A stretch of 50,170 bases of DNA from Chthonomonadaceae bacterium (lineage in GTDB: Bacteria; Armatimonadota; Fimbriimonadia; Fimbriimonadales; Fimbriimonadaceae): contig JAEURO010000001.1 in assembly GCA_016788345.1 (NCBI GenBank), positions 3,812 to 53,981 on the forward strand, given 5' to 3'. This document shows positions 1 to 8,158 of this stretch, in pieces. Both the position numbers and the translations under genes were made by a program. Every line of letters begins with the position of its first letter. Positions within the stretch are counted from its first letter, which is position 1. The notes under the pieces were generated by a model. That model was not told the origin of the DNA. It searched no databases and saw only the letters and a list, made by a program, of their open reading frames with translations.

Positions 1-555
1 GTCGAACCCTAAGACGACCCTCTCGGCCTGGTCAAAACTGACTTCGTGCTGCTCTGCGTACTGCACGACCATAAATGTCCGGTTCTCCAGCCAGACGCTC
101 AAAGCGACCTTTCCAATATCGTGTAAAAGCCCTGCCGTAAATGCTTGGTCGGGATCGCATGATTTACTTAGTTTTGCAAAGAGTTGGGCACCGAGGGCTG
201 TTCCAAAACTGTGCGTCCAAAGTTCTCGCGGGCCGAGGACATAACCGTCTAGCTTCCGCGACATCCACGGATAGGTCGCCGCGACCATGCAGAGGTTTCG
301 TACACACCGCATCCCCAGGACAACGACAGCTTCTTGCAAGTTCACGACTTTCCTCGCGAGCCCGTAGTACGCGCTGTTTGCGAGCCTGAGCACCCGGACC
401 GAAAGGGCTTGGTCTTGGGCTAGAATCTGGGCGATCGAATTGGCGTTGCTTGAGCTGGATTCCGTTTCTCGCATGACTTTGAGGGCCGCTGCCGGAAGGC
501 TCGGTAAGTCTGGAGTCCGCTTGATGATGTCTTCGATGGTGATGGGAGTAGGCAT
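1..555 (-). CDS. HDOD domain signalling protein (C-terminus cut by window edge)
   Basis: Reverse-strand frame is open from ATG at 555 to position 1. My translation reads MPTPITIEDIIKRTPDLPSLPAAALKVMRET...VLRLANSAYYGLARKV...AGLLHDIGKVAL...ERVVLGFD, matching the HDOD pattern (LPxLP, LANSAxY, HDxGK, LGxD[H]). The ATG overlaps the cheD stop (TAATG). Confidence 0.75.
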   Translation of the reverse strand, partial: MPTPITIEDIIKRTPDLPSLPAAALKVMRETESSSSNANSIAQILAQDQALSVRVLRLANSAYYGLARKVVNLQEAVVVLGMRCVRNLCMVAATYPWMSRKLDGYVLGPRELWTHSFGTALGAQLFAKLSKSCDPDQAFTAGLLHDIGKVALSVWLENRTFMVVQYAEQHEVSFDQAERVVLGFD

Positions 556-1079
556 TACGCAGCCACCGCCCTGAGCTCTTTCAGATTGCACAAGACTTTC
601 TCACCAGACACGACCGTCCGGACCTTAACGATCCCAGAGACTGTGTCGACAGTGACAGTCCGACCAGACGAGCCACCTACGTCAAATGCGACCGGCTTGA
701 TTCCAAAGCCTGCCAATATTTCTTCTACCGCCCGGATGTTCCGTAGGCCCACGTCCATTCTAGTATCGGCAGACGAGCCGAACTTAAAGACCTGGGCTCC
801 CCCAGCATATGCGTAGGCTATCCGACTTTTGTTCGCCCCTGCAGCCTCTAGTTTCGCAAAGAGCTCGGCAATGCCTGTGTCGGCAAACTTCCCAGGCTTG
901 TCGACTGGTTTATCCTTAAAGGCCTCTGGCAGCATGATGTGAACCATGCCGGCAATCCCGCTTGACCGATCCAAGCCCACAAGCCCAATACAGCTTCCTA
1001 GGCCGAGACAATTGAAAAGGGCAGGTTTGTCTGTCACCTGCAGATCAGCCATTCCAACCAATATCTGCGGCGATGCCAC
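555..1079 (-). CDS. cheD: Chemoreceptor glutamine deamidase CheD
   Basis: 174-aa ORF with the CheD core (NCLGLGSCIGL, GMVHIMLP, YAGGAQVF, GLRNI). It starts directly after the cheC stop with no gap. Confidence 0.9.
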   Translation of the reverse strand: MASPQILVGMADLQVTDKPALFNCLGLGSCIGLVGLDRSSGIAGMVHIMLPEAFKDKPVDKPGKFADTGIAELFAKLEAAGANKSRIAYAYAGGAQVFKFGSSADTRMDVGLRNIRAVEEILAGFGIKPVAFDVGGSSGRTVTVDTVSGIVKVRTVVSGEKVLCNLKELRAVAA

Positions 1080-1742
1080 TTAGGCAGCCTCCCGGATCCC
1101 AAGGTTGTCAAAAATCCTGTCGAGCCCATCTTTGTTAGGGATGAAGAGGAAGAACCCGCGAACGTCGCTCGCCTCGTTCTCGATCTCGAATATCTCGGTC
1201 TCAATAAAAAGAGCGGTCACCTCACTCAATTGGGCCTCGGCGACAACGCTCGAGCAAATCGACGCCGTGTGGTCCAATGAAAAGAGGGGAGGTGTCGCAT
1301 GAAGCTTGAGACTGGCCATGTCCGAGATAGCATTCAGAAAGCTCGATCCGATGATGTTTCCGATTTCAAGAGTCGTGGAAGCATAGAGCTCATCGATCCC
1401 TTCAGGTGTCTCGGGAGCAGATCCGACCAACATTTTCCAAATCGACGTCCCCGCGCTCCAGGGCCAAAGGAACGCCATGTGTCCGCAGACATCCCCTTCT
1501 ACAGGCATGTAGATTCCTACCGACACCCCCATCGGATCGTCGATAAGCTCTGGGATTTGGTCTAAGTTGACAGTGTCGATGTTGGGCACCGTCATGTCGA
1601 AATATCGGCCAGTCAAGTTCGAAAGAGCCGTCATGGCGTTACCCAGCCCGATGTTGGCCAGTTCCTTTACTGCCGAAGATTGTAAGAGCCCTAAAGAGTT
1701 TGAGTTGTCCGCCACCGCCGTTCTTCCTTGCGGCAAAGACAA
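1080..1742 (-). CDS. cheC: CheY-P phosphatase CheC (CheC/CheX/FliY family)
   Basis: 220-aa ORF with the duplicated CheC signature (ELANIGLGNAMTALSNLTG and LEIGNIIGSSFLNAISDM). It is adjacent to cheD, as in Bacillus-type chemotaxis operons. Confidence 0.8.
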   Translation of the reverse strand: MSLPQGRTAVADNSNSLGLLQSSAVKELANIGLGNAMTALSNLTGRYFDMTVPNIDTVNLDQIPELIDDPMGVSVGIYMPVEGDVCGHMAFLWPWSAGTSIWKMLVGSAPETPEGIDELYASTTLEIGNIIGSSFLNAISDMASLKLHATPPLFSLDHTASICSSVVAEAQLSEVTALFIETEIFEIENEASDVRGFFLFIPNKDGLDRIFDNLGIREAA

Positions 1743-1819
1743 GTCGTCTCAGCCACAATTGTGCATTCCACAACGGCCTTTGGATTTGAGACTATCTCGC
1801 AAAATTTGATCATAGATAT

Positions 1820-2284
1820 TCAAGACAACCGTAAGGCTTTACAAATGTTTGGCCAGTCCCATAGCTCCATCTCCGAACGCTCTGGTTCGTGCCCATTGAT
1901 CCGGAGCGCTGTGAGTATCTGGGACCTGTGGTTTTCTTCATGGGCGACGCTATAGGCCAGGAACAAGGGAAGGGTCCACCGACCAGGCTTGGCCTGTAGA
2001 GCCACAAACAGACGTTCCATGAGCTTGCTTGTTTGGGTGAGACCCTCGACAAGGTCTGTCCGCGTTGCCGTCTGACGGTCAAGTTTCACGACGGATTCGG
2101 CCGTTTTCCCCAACTTCTCCTTTGCCCACATTCGTCGGACGTTAGACAAGTGCGTGAAATTTCCTCGCACGGTCTTTCCTTGGCCAGGCTTGTCCCCCAT
2201 ACACTCGTCGGAACACCACGAAAGCAGCCTCATCGTGACCTCATGGTTCACTCGCCAAGTCTCTAAAACAGCTTCTATGTCCAC
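1820..2284 (-). CDS. DinB/YfiT-like metal-dependent protein (DinB_2-like four-helix bundle)
   Basis: 154-aa ORF with His residues spaced as in the DinB superfamily triad (NFTHL ... VAHEENHRSQI). Assigned by eye only. Confidence 0.5.
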   Translation of the reverse strand: MDIEAVLETWRVNHEVTMRLLSWCSDECMGDKPGQGKTVRGNFTHLSNVRRMWAKEKLGKTAESVVKLDRQTATRTDLVEGLTQTSKLMERLFVALQAKPGRWTLPLFLAYSVAHEENHRSQILTALRINGHEPERSEMELWDWPNICKALRLS

Positions 2285-2319
2285 GTCCCAACGCTACCCG
2301 ATGGTAGCATCGGTACCTC

Positions 2320-3435
2320 GTGTCTGCCTTTGATAGCCTCCTGCGCCTGACCAATGCCCGCACAAAGAGAGTCAGCAGTTTCGACCGGTCCGGTGGTAAC
2401 GCCGACCGAGTGACGTTCAAAAGTGGCGAGACCTTCGTCATGGCCGACCTCACAGGGGCTGGCAAGGTCACCCATATTTGGATCACGCTGAGCAGTAAAG
2501 ACCTGATGTCGCGGAAGAACCTTGTCCTCCGGTGCTATTGGGACGGGCAAACCCACCCGTCAGTTGAGGCGCCCTTAGGAGACTTCTTTGGCCAAGGATG
2601 GGGGGACAAGTACAACTTTGTATCGCTTCCACTTGCCTCCGCGCCAAAAGACGGACACGCGCTCGTCTGTTATTGGCCGATGCCGTTCGGAAAAGGCGCC
2701 AGGATAACTGTCGAAAACCAGGGGCCCGAAGACATCGATGCATTCTACTACTATGTCGACTACGAGCAACTCGACCAACTTGACCATGACTGCCCACGCT
2801 TCCATGCTTGGTACAACCAGGAAGTGACGGTACCTGAAGGAGGGTCAGAGAACGAATGGGCTGTCCTTGGCCCAGAGCCACAAAATCCGTCGGACAAGTT
2901 TAACTACTTGGTCTGCGAGTGTGAAGGGAAGGGTCATTTCGTGGGGCTCAACTACTACGTCATCAATCCAGGGCCCATGTGGTACGGCGAAGGCGACGAT
3001 ATGTTTCTAATCGACGGTGAGCCCTGGCCGGGATCACTGCATGGGACAGGCACAGAGGACTATTTCAATATGAGCTGGTGCCCCGACGAGCTCTACTGTC
3101 ACCCCTATTTCGGATGTGCCCGTGCCCCAGGGCGGGGCAATGACTCGGGCCGGTTTGGTTGGATCGGAAAGACCCACTTGTACCGGTTCCATATCGAAGA
3201 CCCCGTCAGGTTCCAGTCCTCACTACGGGCCTCGATCGAACATGGACACGCGAATGTCCTCACGCTCCAACTTGCGTCAGTCGCCTATTGGTACCAGTCT
3301 TTGCCCTCTCGACCGTTTCCACCCCTGGCCGCCGCAAGTGACAGGCTGCCCCTTCCAGAAACAGGCGTCGTCGAAATCCATCGCTGGCGAGACGCTTGGA
3401 GGCAGAAGTCAGGTGGGCCAAACCCATGGAATTAG
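2320..3435 (+). CDS. DUF2961 family protein (family now classed as glycoside hydrolase GH172)
   Basis: 371-aa ORF. The N-terminal 'SSFDRSGGNADRVTF...GAGKVTHIWITL' and later 'GTGTEDYFN' are typical of DUF2961. No signal peptide. Confidence 0.8.
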   Translation: MSAFDSLLRLTNARTKRVSSFDRSGGNADRVTFKSGETFVMADLTGAGKVTHIWITLSSKDLMSRKNLVLRCYWDGQTHPSVEAPLGDFFGQGWGDKYNFVSLPLASAPKDGHALVCYWPMPFGKGARITVENQGPEDIDAFYYYVDYEQLDQLDHDCPRFHAWYNQEVTVPEGGSENEWAVLGPEPQNPSDKFNYLVCECEGKGHFVGLNYYVINPGPMWYGEGDDMFLIDGEPWPGSLHGTGTEDYFNMSWCPDELYCHPYFGCARAPGRGNDSGRFGWIGKTHLYRFHIEDPVRFQSSLRASIEHGHANVLTLQLASVAYWYQSLPSRPFPPLAAASDRLPLPETGVVEIHRWRDAWRQKSGGPNPWN

Positions 3436-3438
3436 GAG

Positions 3439-3777
3439 TCAGAACAGTCGCGAGCCATTGGGCACGGCTAAGTCTGGGCACACCAAAACGACCGCTCCTG
3501 ACTCGTCGGCAAAGCCTGTGACCAGGCACTCGCTCAAGAACGGCCCGATTTTTTTTGGGGTCAAATTCACTACGCCCGCGACCTGTCTCCCAACCAATTG
3601 GTCAGGATTGTAATGTGTGGTGATCTGGGCAGAAGAACTCTTAACCCCCAGGTCGCCAAAATCCACCCAGAGCTTGAATGCAGGTTTTCGTGCTTCGGGG
3701 AACATTTCGACCCGGACTATGGTGCCGACCCTGATGTCCACCTTATCGAAGTCATCCCAGCCGATCACTGGCCGCAC
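3439..3777 (-). CDS. csaA: tRNA-binding domain protein / chaperone CsaA
   Basis: 112-aa ORF with FDKVDIRVGTIV...KPAFKLWVDFG...SSAQIT...LVGRQV, the OB-fold tRNA_bind (CsaA/YgjH) pattern and size. Confidence 0.85.
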   Translation of the reverse strand: MRPVIGWDDFDKVDIRVGTIVRVEMFPEARKPAFKLWVDFGDLGVKSSSAQITTHYNPDQLVGRQVAGVVNLTPKKIGPFLSECLVTGFADESGAVVLVCPDLAVPNGSRLF

Positions 3778-4793
3778 AACTGCTTGTACCTTGCTATGAC
3801 CTTCTTGACGTAGTTTTGCGTCTCGCGGTACGGAGGGACCCCGCCATGTTTCTTGACAGCACCGTCACCAGCGTTGTAACCGGCAAGGGCGAGTACAAGT
3901 GCCTCAAACTGGTCGTCAGTCTTCTTTGAATACTTGTCGATATGGCCCCTGACCAGTCGGACTGTGCCGTAAAGGTTTTGCTCAATGTCATAGCCGTCAC
4001 TCAGCCCAAGCTCTCTGACATTCACTGGCATAAGTTGCCCTAGCCCCATAGCCCCCGCACGGCTCCGGGTCTTCGGGTTGAAATCGCTCTCCGTGATTAT
4101 CACTGCGACGATCAATCTGGGATCAACCCCGAATTTGGCAGAGTAGCCAAGGATTGACGTAGCAATCCTGGATGCCTCGTCATCAGTAAGCTTTTTGTTC
4201 CAACCTTGGACAAACGAAATGTACGACGGCAAAATCTTTTGCAGCGACTCAGATAGTGCTGGGCTATCAGCCCTAGGGGTCGCGACATAGGTCGGCACAG
4301 AGCCCGGCATCGAAGCTGGTCTTCCGCCGCGCCTGGACGTGATCGGGCCAGACATCCGTTTTGTCGGGGCCGCTTTGGCCACAGCTGGGTTTCGCGATTC
4401 TATGGCGACGACATCGCTGTCGGTGGCCGCCGCGATCAGGTTAGCTTTGAGCGCGGTCGATTCGGCCCGTCTTTCACATTCAACTAACAGCCTGGCTTGC
4501 ACTTGCCCATGGTTCATCCACTCTGGCGACTCTTTGGCCTGCACATAGTGCTGGACTCCAGCCGAGGTTTCAATCAGGAGCAGTTTCCCATCCGTTGTAC
4601 CAACGATCCCCATGACTTTGCCTTGAATCTCAAAAACCCTCTTCCCTATGAATGTCTCAAGGGTGGCTGCGTCCACGGCCCTGGTCACACCATGTGACTT
4701 ACGCAACTTAGCGTAGTCCTGTAAGGATTGGGCAGATGCGCCAATGGTGAGGGCGGCACAGCCGGCTATCAAGATCTGGCGAAAAACTGTCAA
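3765..4793 (-). CDS. Secreted lytic transglycosylase (SLT domain)
   Basis: SLT motifs are present (ESDFNP, GAMGLGQLMP, AGYNAG). The 362-aa ORF in the track runs through the tRNA-Ser gene. I therefore place the start at in-frame TTG 4793, which gives the signal peptide (M)TVFRQILIAGCAALTIGASA|QS. Confidence 0.75.
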   Translation of the reverse strand: MTVFRQILIAGCAALTIGASAQSLQDYAKLRKSHGVTRAVDAATLETFIGKRVFEIQGKVMGIVGTTDGKLLLIETSAGVQHYVQAKESPEWMNHGQVQARLLVECERRAESTALKANLIAAATDSDVVAIESRNPAVAKAAPTKRMSGPITSRRGGRPASMPGSVPTYVATPRADSPALSESLQKILPSYISFVQGWNKKLTDDEASRIATSILGYSAKFGVDPRLIVAVIITESDFNPKTRSRAGAMGLGQLMPVNVRELGLSDGYDIEQNLYGTVRLVRGHIDKYSKKTDDQFEALVLALAGYNAGDGAVKKHGGVPPYRETQNYVKKVIARYKQLCGQ

Positions 4794-4802
4794 AACTCTT
4801 TC

Positions 4803-4892
4803 TGGCGGACAGGTCGGGATTCGAACCCGAGAAGAGATTTCTCCCTTACCCACTTAGCAGGCGGGCGCTTTCGTCCACTCAGCCACCTGTCC
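4803..4892 (-). tRNA. tRNA-Ser (anticodon GCT), class II with long variable arm, CCA encoded
   Basis: The reverse complement folds by hand. Acceptor GGACAGG/CCTGTCC, 3-bp D stem, anticodon stem CCCGC/GTGGG with loop CTGCTAA, long variable arm, T arm TCGGG-TTCGAAT-CCCGA, discriminator G, CCA. Length 90 nt. Confidence 0.93.
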
Positions 4893-4923
4893 GTCTCCTC
4901 TATTGTACATTGTCGGGAGGGCC

Positions 4924-5094
4924 ATGCTGCAAGGCCAGGTATCCTCTGACCTCGTGACTTCTGGCCCTAGTTGGAAACGCCCGTGGGTGTTGCCACTCGC
5001 CCTTCTCATCGTCAGCACCCTGGCTTTTTGGGTGTTGCCGACAATTTGGAGCGCCCGATCCATAGACGTGACGTTTGAGGGAACGGTTCGATGA
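4924..5094 (+). CDS. Possible small single-pass membrane protein (56 aa)
   Basis: The ATG is preceded by GGGAGGG. The ORF encodes a hydrophobic helix (WVLPLALLIVSTLAFWVLPTIW). Its stop overlaps the ychF start (ATGA). No homology recognised. Confidence 0.3.
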   Translation: MLQGQVSSDLVTSGPSWKRPWVLPLALLIVSTLAFWVLPTIWSARSIDVTFEGTVR

Positions 5095-6146
5095 AAGCAG
5101 GAATCATTGGCTTTCCCCAAGTTGGAAAAAGCACTCTCTATCGTGCCGCTGGGCAGGGACTTGCCAAAGGGACAGTCACTGCAGTCCCCGTGCCAGACCC
5201 CCGTTTCGACAAGATCGTCACACAAGTCCAACCCAAGAAAGTCACACCTGCCACCGTAATCTTTGAAGACGACATCGAAGCTGTCCAGCCGAGTGGCAAA
5301 ATGTTTAGCCAGCGGTTCCTTGACGACGCCCGAAAGTGCGATCTGCTCCTCCACGTCGTGAGGGTGTTCGACACACCGATGGCCCCTTACCACGATTCGG
5401 TCGACCCGACGCGAGACCTCGATGCTGTCGAGGTCGAAATGGTCCTGACCGACCTCTCGATCGTAGAAAACCGCCTGGAGCGGCTCCAAAAGTCGATGAC
5501 AGTCAAAAACCCTGGGTCGCCCGACTACCTAGAGAAAGCCCTGTTTACAAAAATCCACGGACCACTCCAAGACGGCACCCCCATCCGAGGAATGGATCTG
5601 GACGAAGAGGAGCAGAAGATCGTCCGGAACTACCAGTTTTTGAGCGGCAAACAATGTGTCGTCGCCTTCAATGTCGGGGAGGGAGAGGCGGCTGTGACGC
5701 CGCCCCAGGTGTCGGCCCTCATGGAAGGGCTGCTGAAAAAAGGGACCCAGTCCTTCACGCTTTGCGCTACGATCGAGGAGGAGATCGCTCAGCTTGAGGC
5801 GGCTGACCAGCCCGAGTTCCTTGAATCTATGGGGCTCGCTGAGCCTGCTGCCAACAGGATGATCCGGGCGATCTATGACGCCCTCGGATTAGTCACATTT
5901 TTCACTGCGGGTGAAAACGAGACCCGCGCTTGGCCACTCGCCCGTGGCTCATCCGCCCTTAAGGCCGCCGCAACGATCCACAACGACATCGCCAAAGGCT
6001 TCATCCGTGCTGAAGTCGTCTCCTATGCAGACTACTGCGAGCATGGCTCCCTAGACTCCGCATACAAGGCCAACAAAATGCGCCTGGAAGGAAAAGAGTA
6101 CGTTGTGCAAGATGGGGACTTGCTTCACATTCGCAATAAGTCCTAA
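5091..6146 (+). CDS. ychF: Ribosome-binding ATPase YchF (Obg-like)
   Basis: 351-aa ORF with an N-terminal P-loop (GIIGFPQVGKSTL) and a C-terminal TGS-like end (RLEGKEYVVQDGDLLHIRF-like). Confidence 0.9.
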   Translation: MKAGIIGFPQVGKSTLYRAAGQGLAKGTVTAVPVPDPRFDKIVTQVQPKKVTPATVIFEDDIEAVQPSGKMFSQRFLDDARKCDLLLHVVRVFDTPMAPYHDSVDPTRDLDAVEVEMVLTDLSIVENRLERLQKSMTVKNPGSPDYLEKALFTKIHGPLQDGTPIRGMDLDEEEQKIVRNYQFLSGKQCVVAFNVGEGEAAVTPPQVSALMEGLLKKGTQSFTLCATIEEEIAQLEAADQPEFLESMGLAEPAANRMIRAIYDALGLVTFFTAGENETRAWPLARGSSALKAAATIHNDIAKGFIRAEVVSYADYCEHGSLDSAYKANKMRLEGKEYVVQDGDLLHIRNKS

Positions 6147-6323
6147 GACAAAGTTAAGTCCTGGGTTAGGGCAGGCGAGTGCTCAATTTGGAAACCAGAA
6201 AATTAGTCCCCTACTTGGAACTGTCAGCCTATGGGATGACGACCCAGTGTTTTTGAGCAAGCACCTTTCTATACGCTTTATTGGTTTGCACGAGAATTTG
6301 TCCGGAAGCGCAGTAGAGCGACA

Positions 6324-6884
6324 CTAAACTTGGCTTTCAAGATTCAGTCGAGACCACGTCTCACGATCCAGAAACATAAGGACTTCGTCACGGAATTGCC
6401 CTCTTTTCCAGTACTTCTTGGGCATCCGGCCACATTCCGTATACCCGTTCTTCTCGCTCATCCGGCGTGATCGTTCGTTGCCTTCTAAATATCCGGAGTA
6501 AAGGACTCTTAGACCCAATACGTGGAAGCAATAGTGGGCCCGGATTCGAGACGCATCGGTGCCATAGCCCTTGCCCCAGACCTCCTTTTCGCCAATCATG
6601 CTCCCTGTGATGCACGTCCCATTGCGGAGATCGATTTGGTGAACGCCAGAGTTACCAATGTGCCTGCCGTCCAAGGTCTCGATAGCGAACATCACGTTGG
6701 TGTCTGTGGCTCTGGCCGCTTTTTCGAACCAGTCCGATTGCGACAATCGACTTAGTGGAAAGTCACCTATGAGCAGCCACTCTGTGACGTCGGGGTCGTT
6801 GACCCACTTGACACAATTGTCGAAGTGACGATCCTTGTCCAATGGGACAAGTCGAACAAGTTCACCTTCCCACCCGTGTGCCAT
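6324..6884 (-). CDS. GNAT family N-acetyltransferase (RimJ/RimL-like)
   Basis: 186-aa ORF with a GNAT core (GKGYGTDA...YCFHVLGLRVLYSGYLEGNERSRRMSEKNGY). Confidence 0.75.
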   Translation of the reverse strand: MAHGWEGELVRLVPLDKDRHFDNCVKWVNDPDVTEWLLIGDFPLSRLSQSDWFEKAARATDTNVMFAIETLDGRHIGNSGVHQIDLRNGTCITGSMIGEKEVWGKGYGTDASRIRAHYCFHVLGLRVLYSGYLEGNERSRRMSEKNGYTECGRMPKKYWKRGQFRDEVLMFLDRETWSRLNLESQV

Positions 6885-6939
6885 AGTAAATTATGGCAGA
6901 CGCGGGAGAGACGTCACGCCCAGGCCTGGATACGTGCCA

Positions 6940-8082
6940 CTATCTAGCCCCACCAGGCTCGTTCAAGTTGCGTCCGATGGACTTTTCGGCGGCGTTGATA
7001 AACGTGTCCTTGTCCCTGATCACTGCTTGAGGCGGCAGTGCATCCGACACTGTCCTGAGCCCATCGATCTTTTTGACAGCCGTCCCGATCGCCATAAACT
7101 CGATCATTCCTCCGCCTAGCTCATAAACATAAGTTTTGATCCCGACAACATCGTCCGCCCCGCAAGCGCTCGCATCGCGCATGATGTGGTGCAAAGCGTT
7201 TTCGCGGGCGTCGTAAATCAGTTTGGTGAGCTCTTCGATCTCGCCTCTTCCCAAGCTCTTGAACGCCGCAGTGATGCCCCCGACCAGTCCGAGCGAGTAG
7301 ACAGACACTCCCAGCACCAATTGAATAGGCATATAGCCGATGTGGACCATGTTCCACATCTCCTCGTTCGTCAAGTCGCTGGTGATCGGGCTTTGGTCGT
7401 ATTCTGGGCCAAGCATCTCGTGCCTGCTCGCAGTGCCGACCATGATCATTTCTTGCATCCCGCCGAAGGGGAAAATCGACGTGTTTATGCCGACAACAGC
7501 GTTTGCGCCGCACATTCGAGCTTCGTTCTGAATCCGCGACAAAGCCATGTGGCGCGTGACATTAAAGATTTCTGAGTACTCCTTGACTTCGCCCCTGCCA
7601 AGGCTACGGAGGGCCCCACCGATTCCGCCGCCGATCCCGATCGAGTAGGCCACATTTCCAAAGACAAAATGGATCGGTTTAAACCCGGAATCGATTTGAC
7701 AATAGAGCTCTTGCCCGTCCGCACATGATGTGAATTCCAAGCTTGTCGCGTTGTGGTTCTCACGGTGGACGGCAGAACCAATCGACAGGAATTCGATGTT
7801 TCCACTGTGCATGACGAGTTCACTCGTCACCCCTGTGATCCCAATTGCTCCCCGAAGGTCGCTCCAAGCTATCATGCGGTCGAGGGCAGCTTTTCGGCCA
7901 TCGTGGATGAGGTGGGTGATCTGCTCGACCTCGCCTCCAGCCAAGGTTTTTAATCCAGCTCCGATCCCCCCGACAATGCCGAGCGAGTACACGCTGTTCC
8001 CAATTATCAATTCGCCGGGAGCCATGCCCTTTTTGTGTAGGCAGAAGATCTCGTTGCCGCTGAGGCCAGTCATCACAGGCAT
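6940..8082 (-). CDS. Protein made of three tandem YbjQ/UPF0145 ('putative heavy-metal-binding') domains
   Basis: 380-aa ORF. It has three ~110-120 aa repeats, each with the pattern G..VYS.G.VGGI.A..K.L.(G/R)GE..E.T..I...R..A...........GA...VG....... See the finding for this gene. Confidence 0.75.
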   Translation of the reverse strand: MPVMTGLSGNEIFCLHKKGMAPGELIIGNSVYSLGIVGGIGAGLKTLAGGEVEQITHLIHDGRKAALDRMIAWSDLRGAIGITGVTSELVMHSGNIEFLSIGSAVHRENHNATSLEFTSCADGQELYCQIDSGFKPIHFVFGNVAYSIGIGGGIGGALRSLGRGEVKEYSEIFNVTRHMALSRIQNEARMCGANAVVGINTSIFPFGGMQEMIMVGTASRHEMLGPEYDQSPITSDLTNEEMWNMVHIGYMPIQLVLGVSVYSLGLVGGITAAFKSLGRGEIEELTKLIYDARENALHHIMRDASACGADDVVGIKTYVYELGGGMIEFMAIGTAVKKIDGLRTVSDALPPQAVIRDKDTFINAAEKSIGRNLNEPGGAR

Positions 8083-8117
8083 GCCAGTATTCTACACGGG
8101 GAGACGGGGTCAGAATG

Positions 8118-8158
8118 AAAAAAATCCGTACTGGATGGAGAGGACAGCTCCAGTACGG
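8118..8158 (-). terminator. Rho-independent terminator (minus strand)
   Basis: Perfect 10-bp inverted repeat CCGTACTGGA (8126-8135) / TCCAGTACGG (8149-8158) with a 13-nt loop. On the minus strand it is followed by A-TTTTTTT (8124-8118). Confidence 0.6.

Noticed and set aside
141-389. 82-aa plus-strand ORF at the window start.
   Set aside because: It is antisense to the HDOD gene, whose reverse-strand frame is open across the whole 555 nt and carries family motifs.
4794-4853. N-terminal 20 codons of the 362-aa transglycosylase ORF (MGKGEISSRVRIPTCPPERV...).
   Set aside because: These codons are the tRNA-Ser(GCT) gene read as protein. A TTG at 4793 gives a proper signal peptide.
4854-5489. 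211-aa minus-strand ORF, plus similar long ORFs at 30459..31379, 13561..14184, 35504..36388, 43311..43838, 10763..11332, 20697..21155 and 7730..8356.
   Set aside because: Each lies antisense to, or out of frame within, a gene with strong family signatures (ychF, sufB, ndk, the SARP regulator, MOSC, pseudopilin, PEP-CTERM/VOC, YbjQ). Their products are low-complexity and Arg/Pro/Gly-rich, as expected for shadow ORFs in GC-rich DNA.
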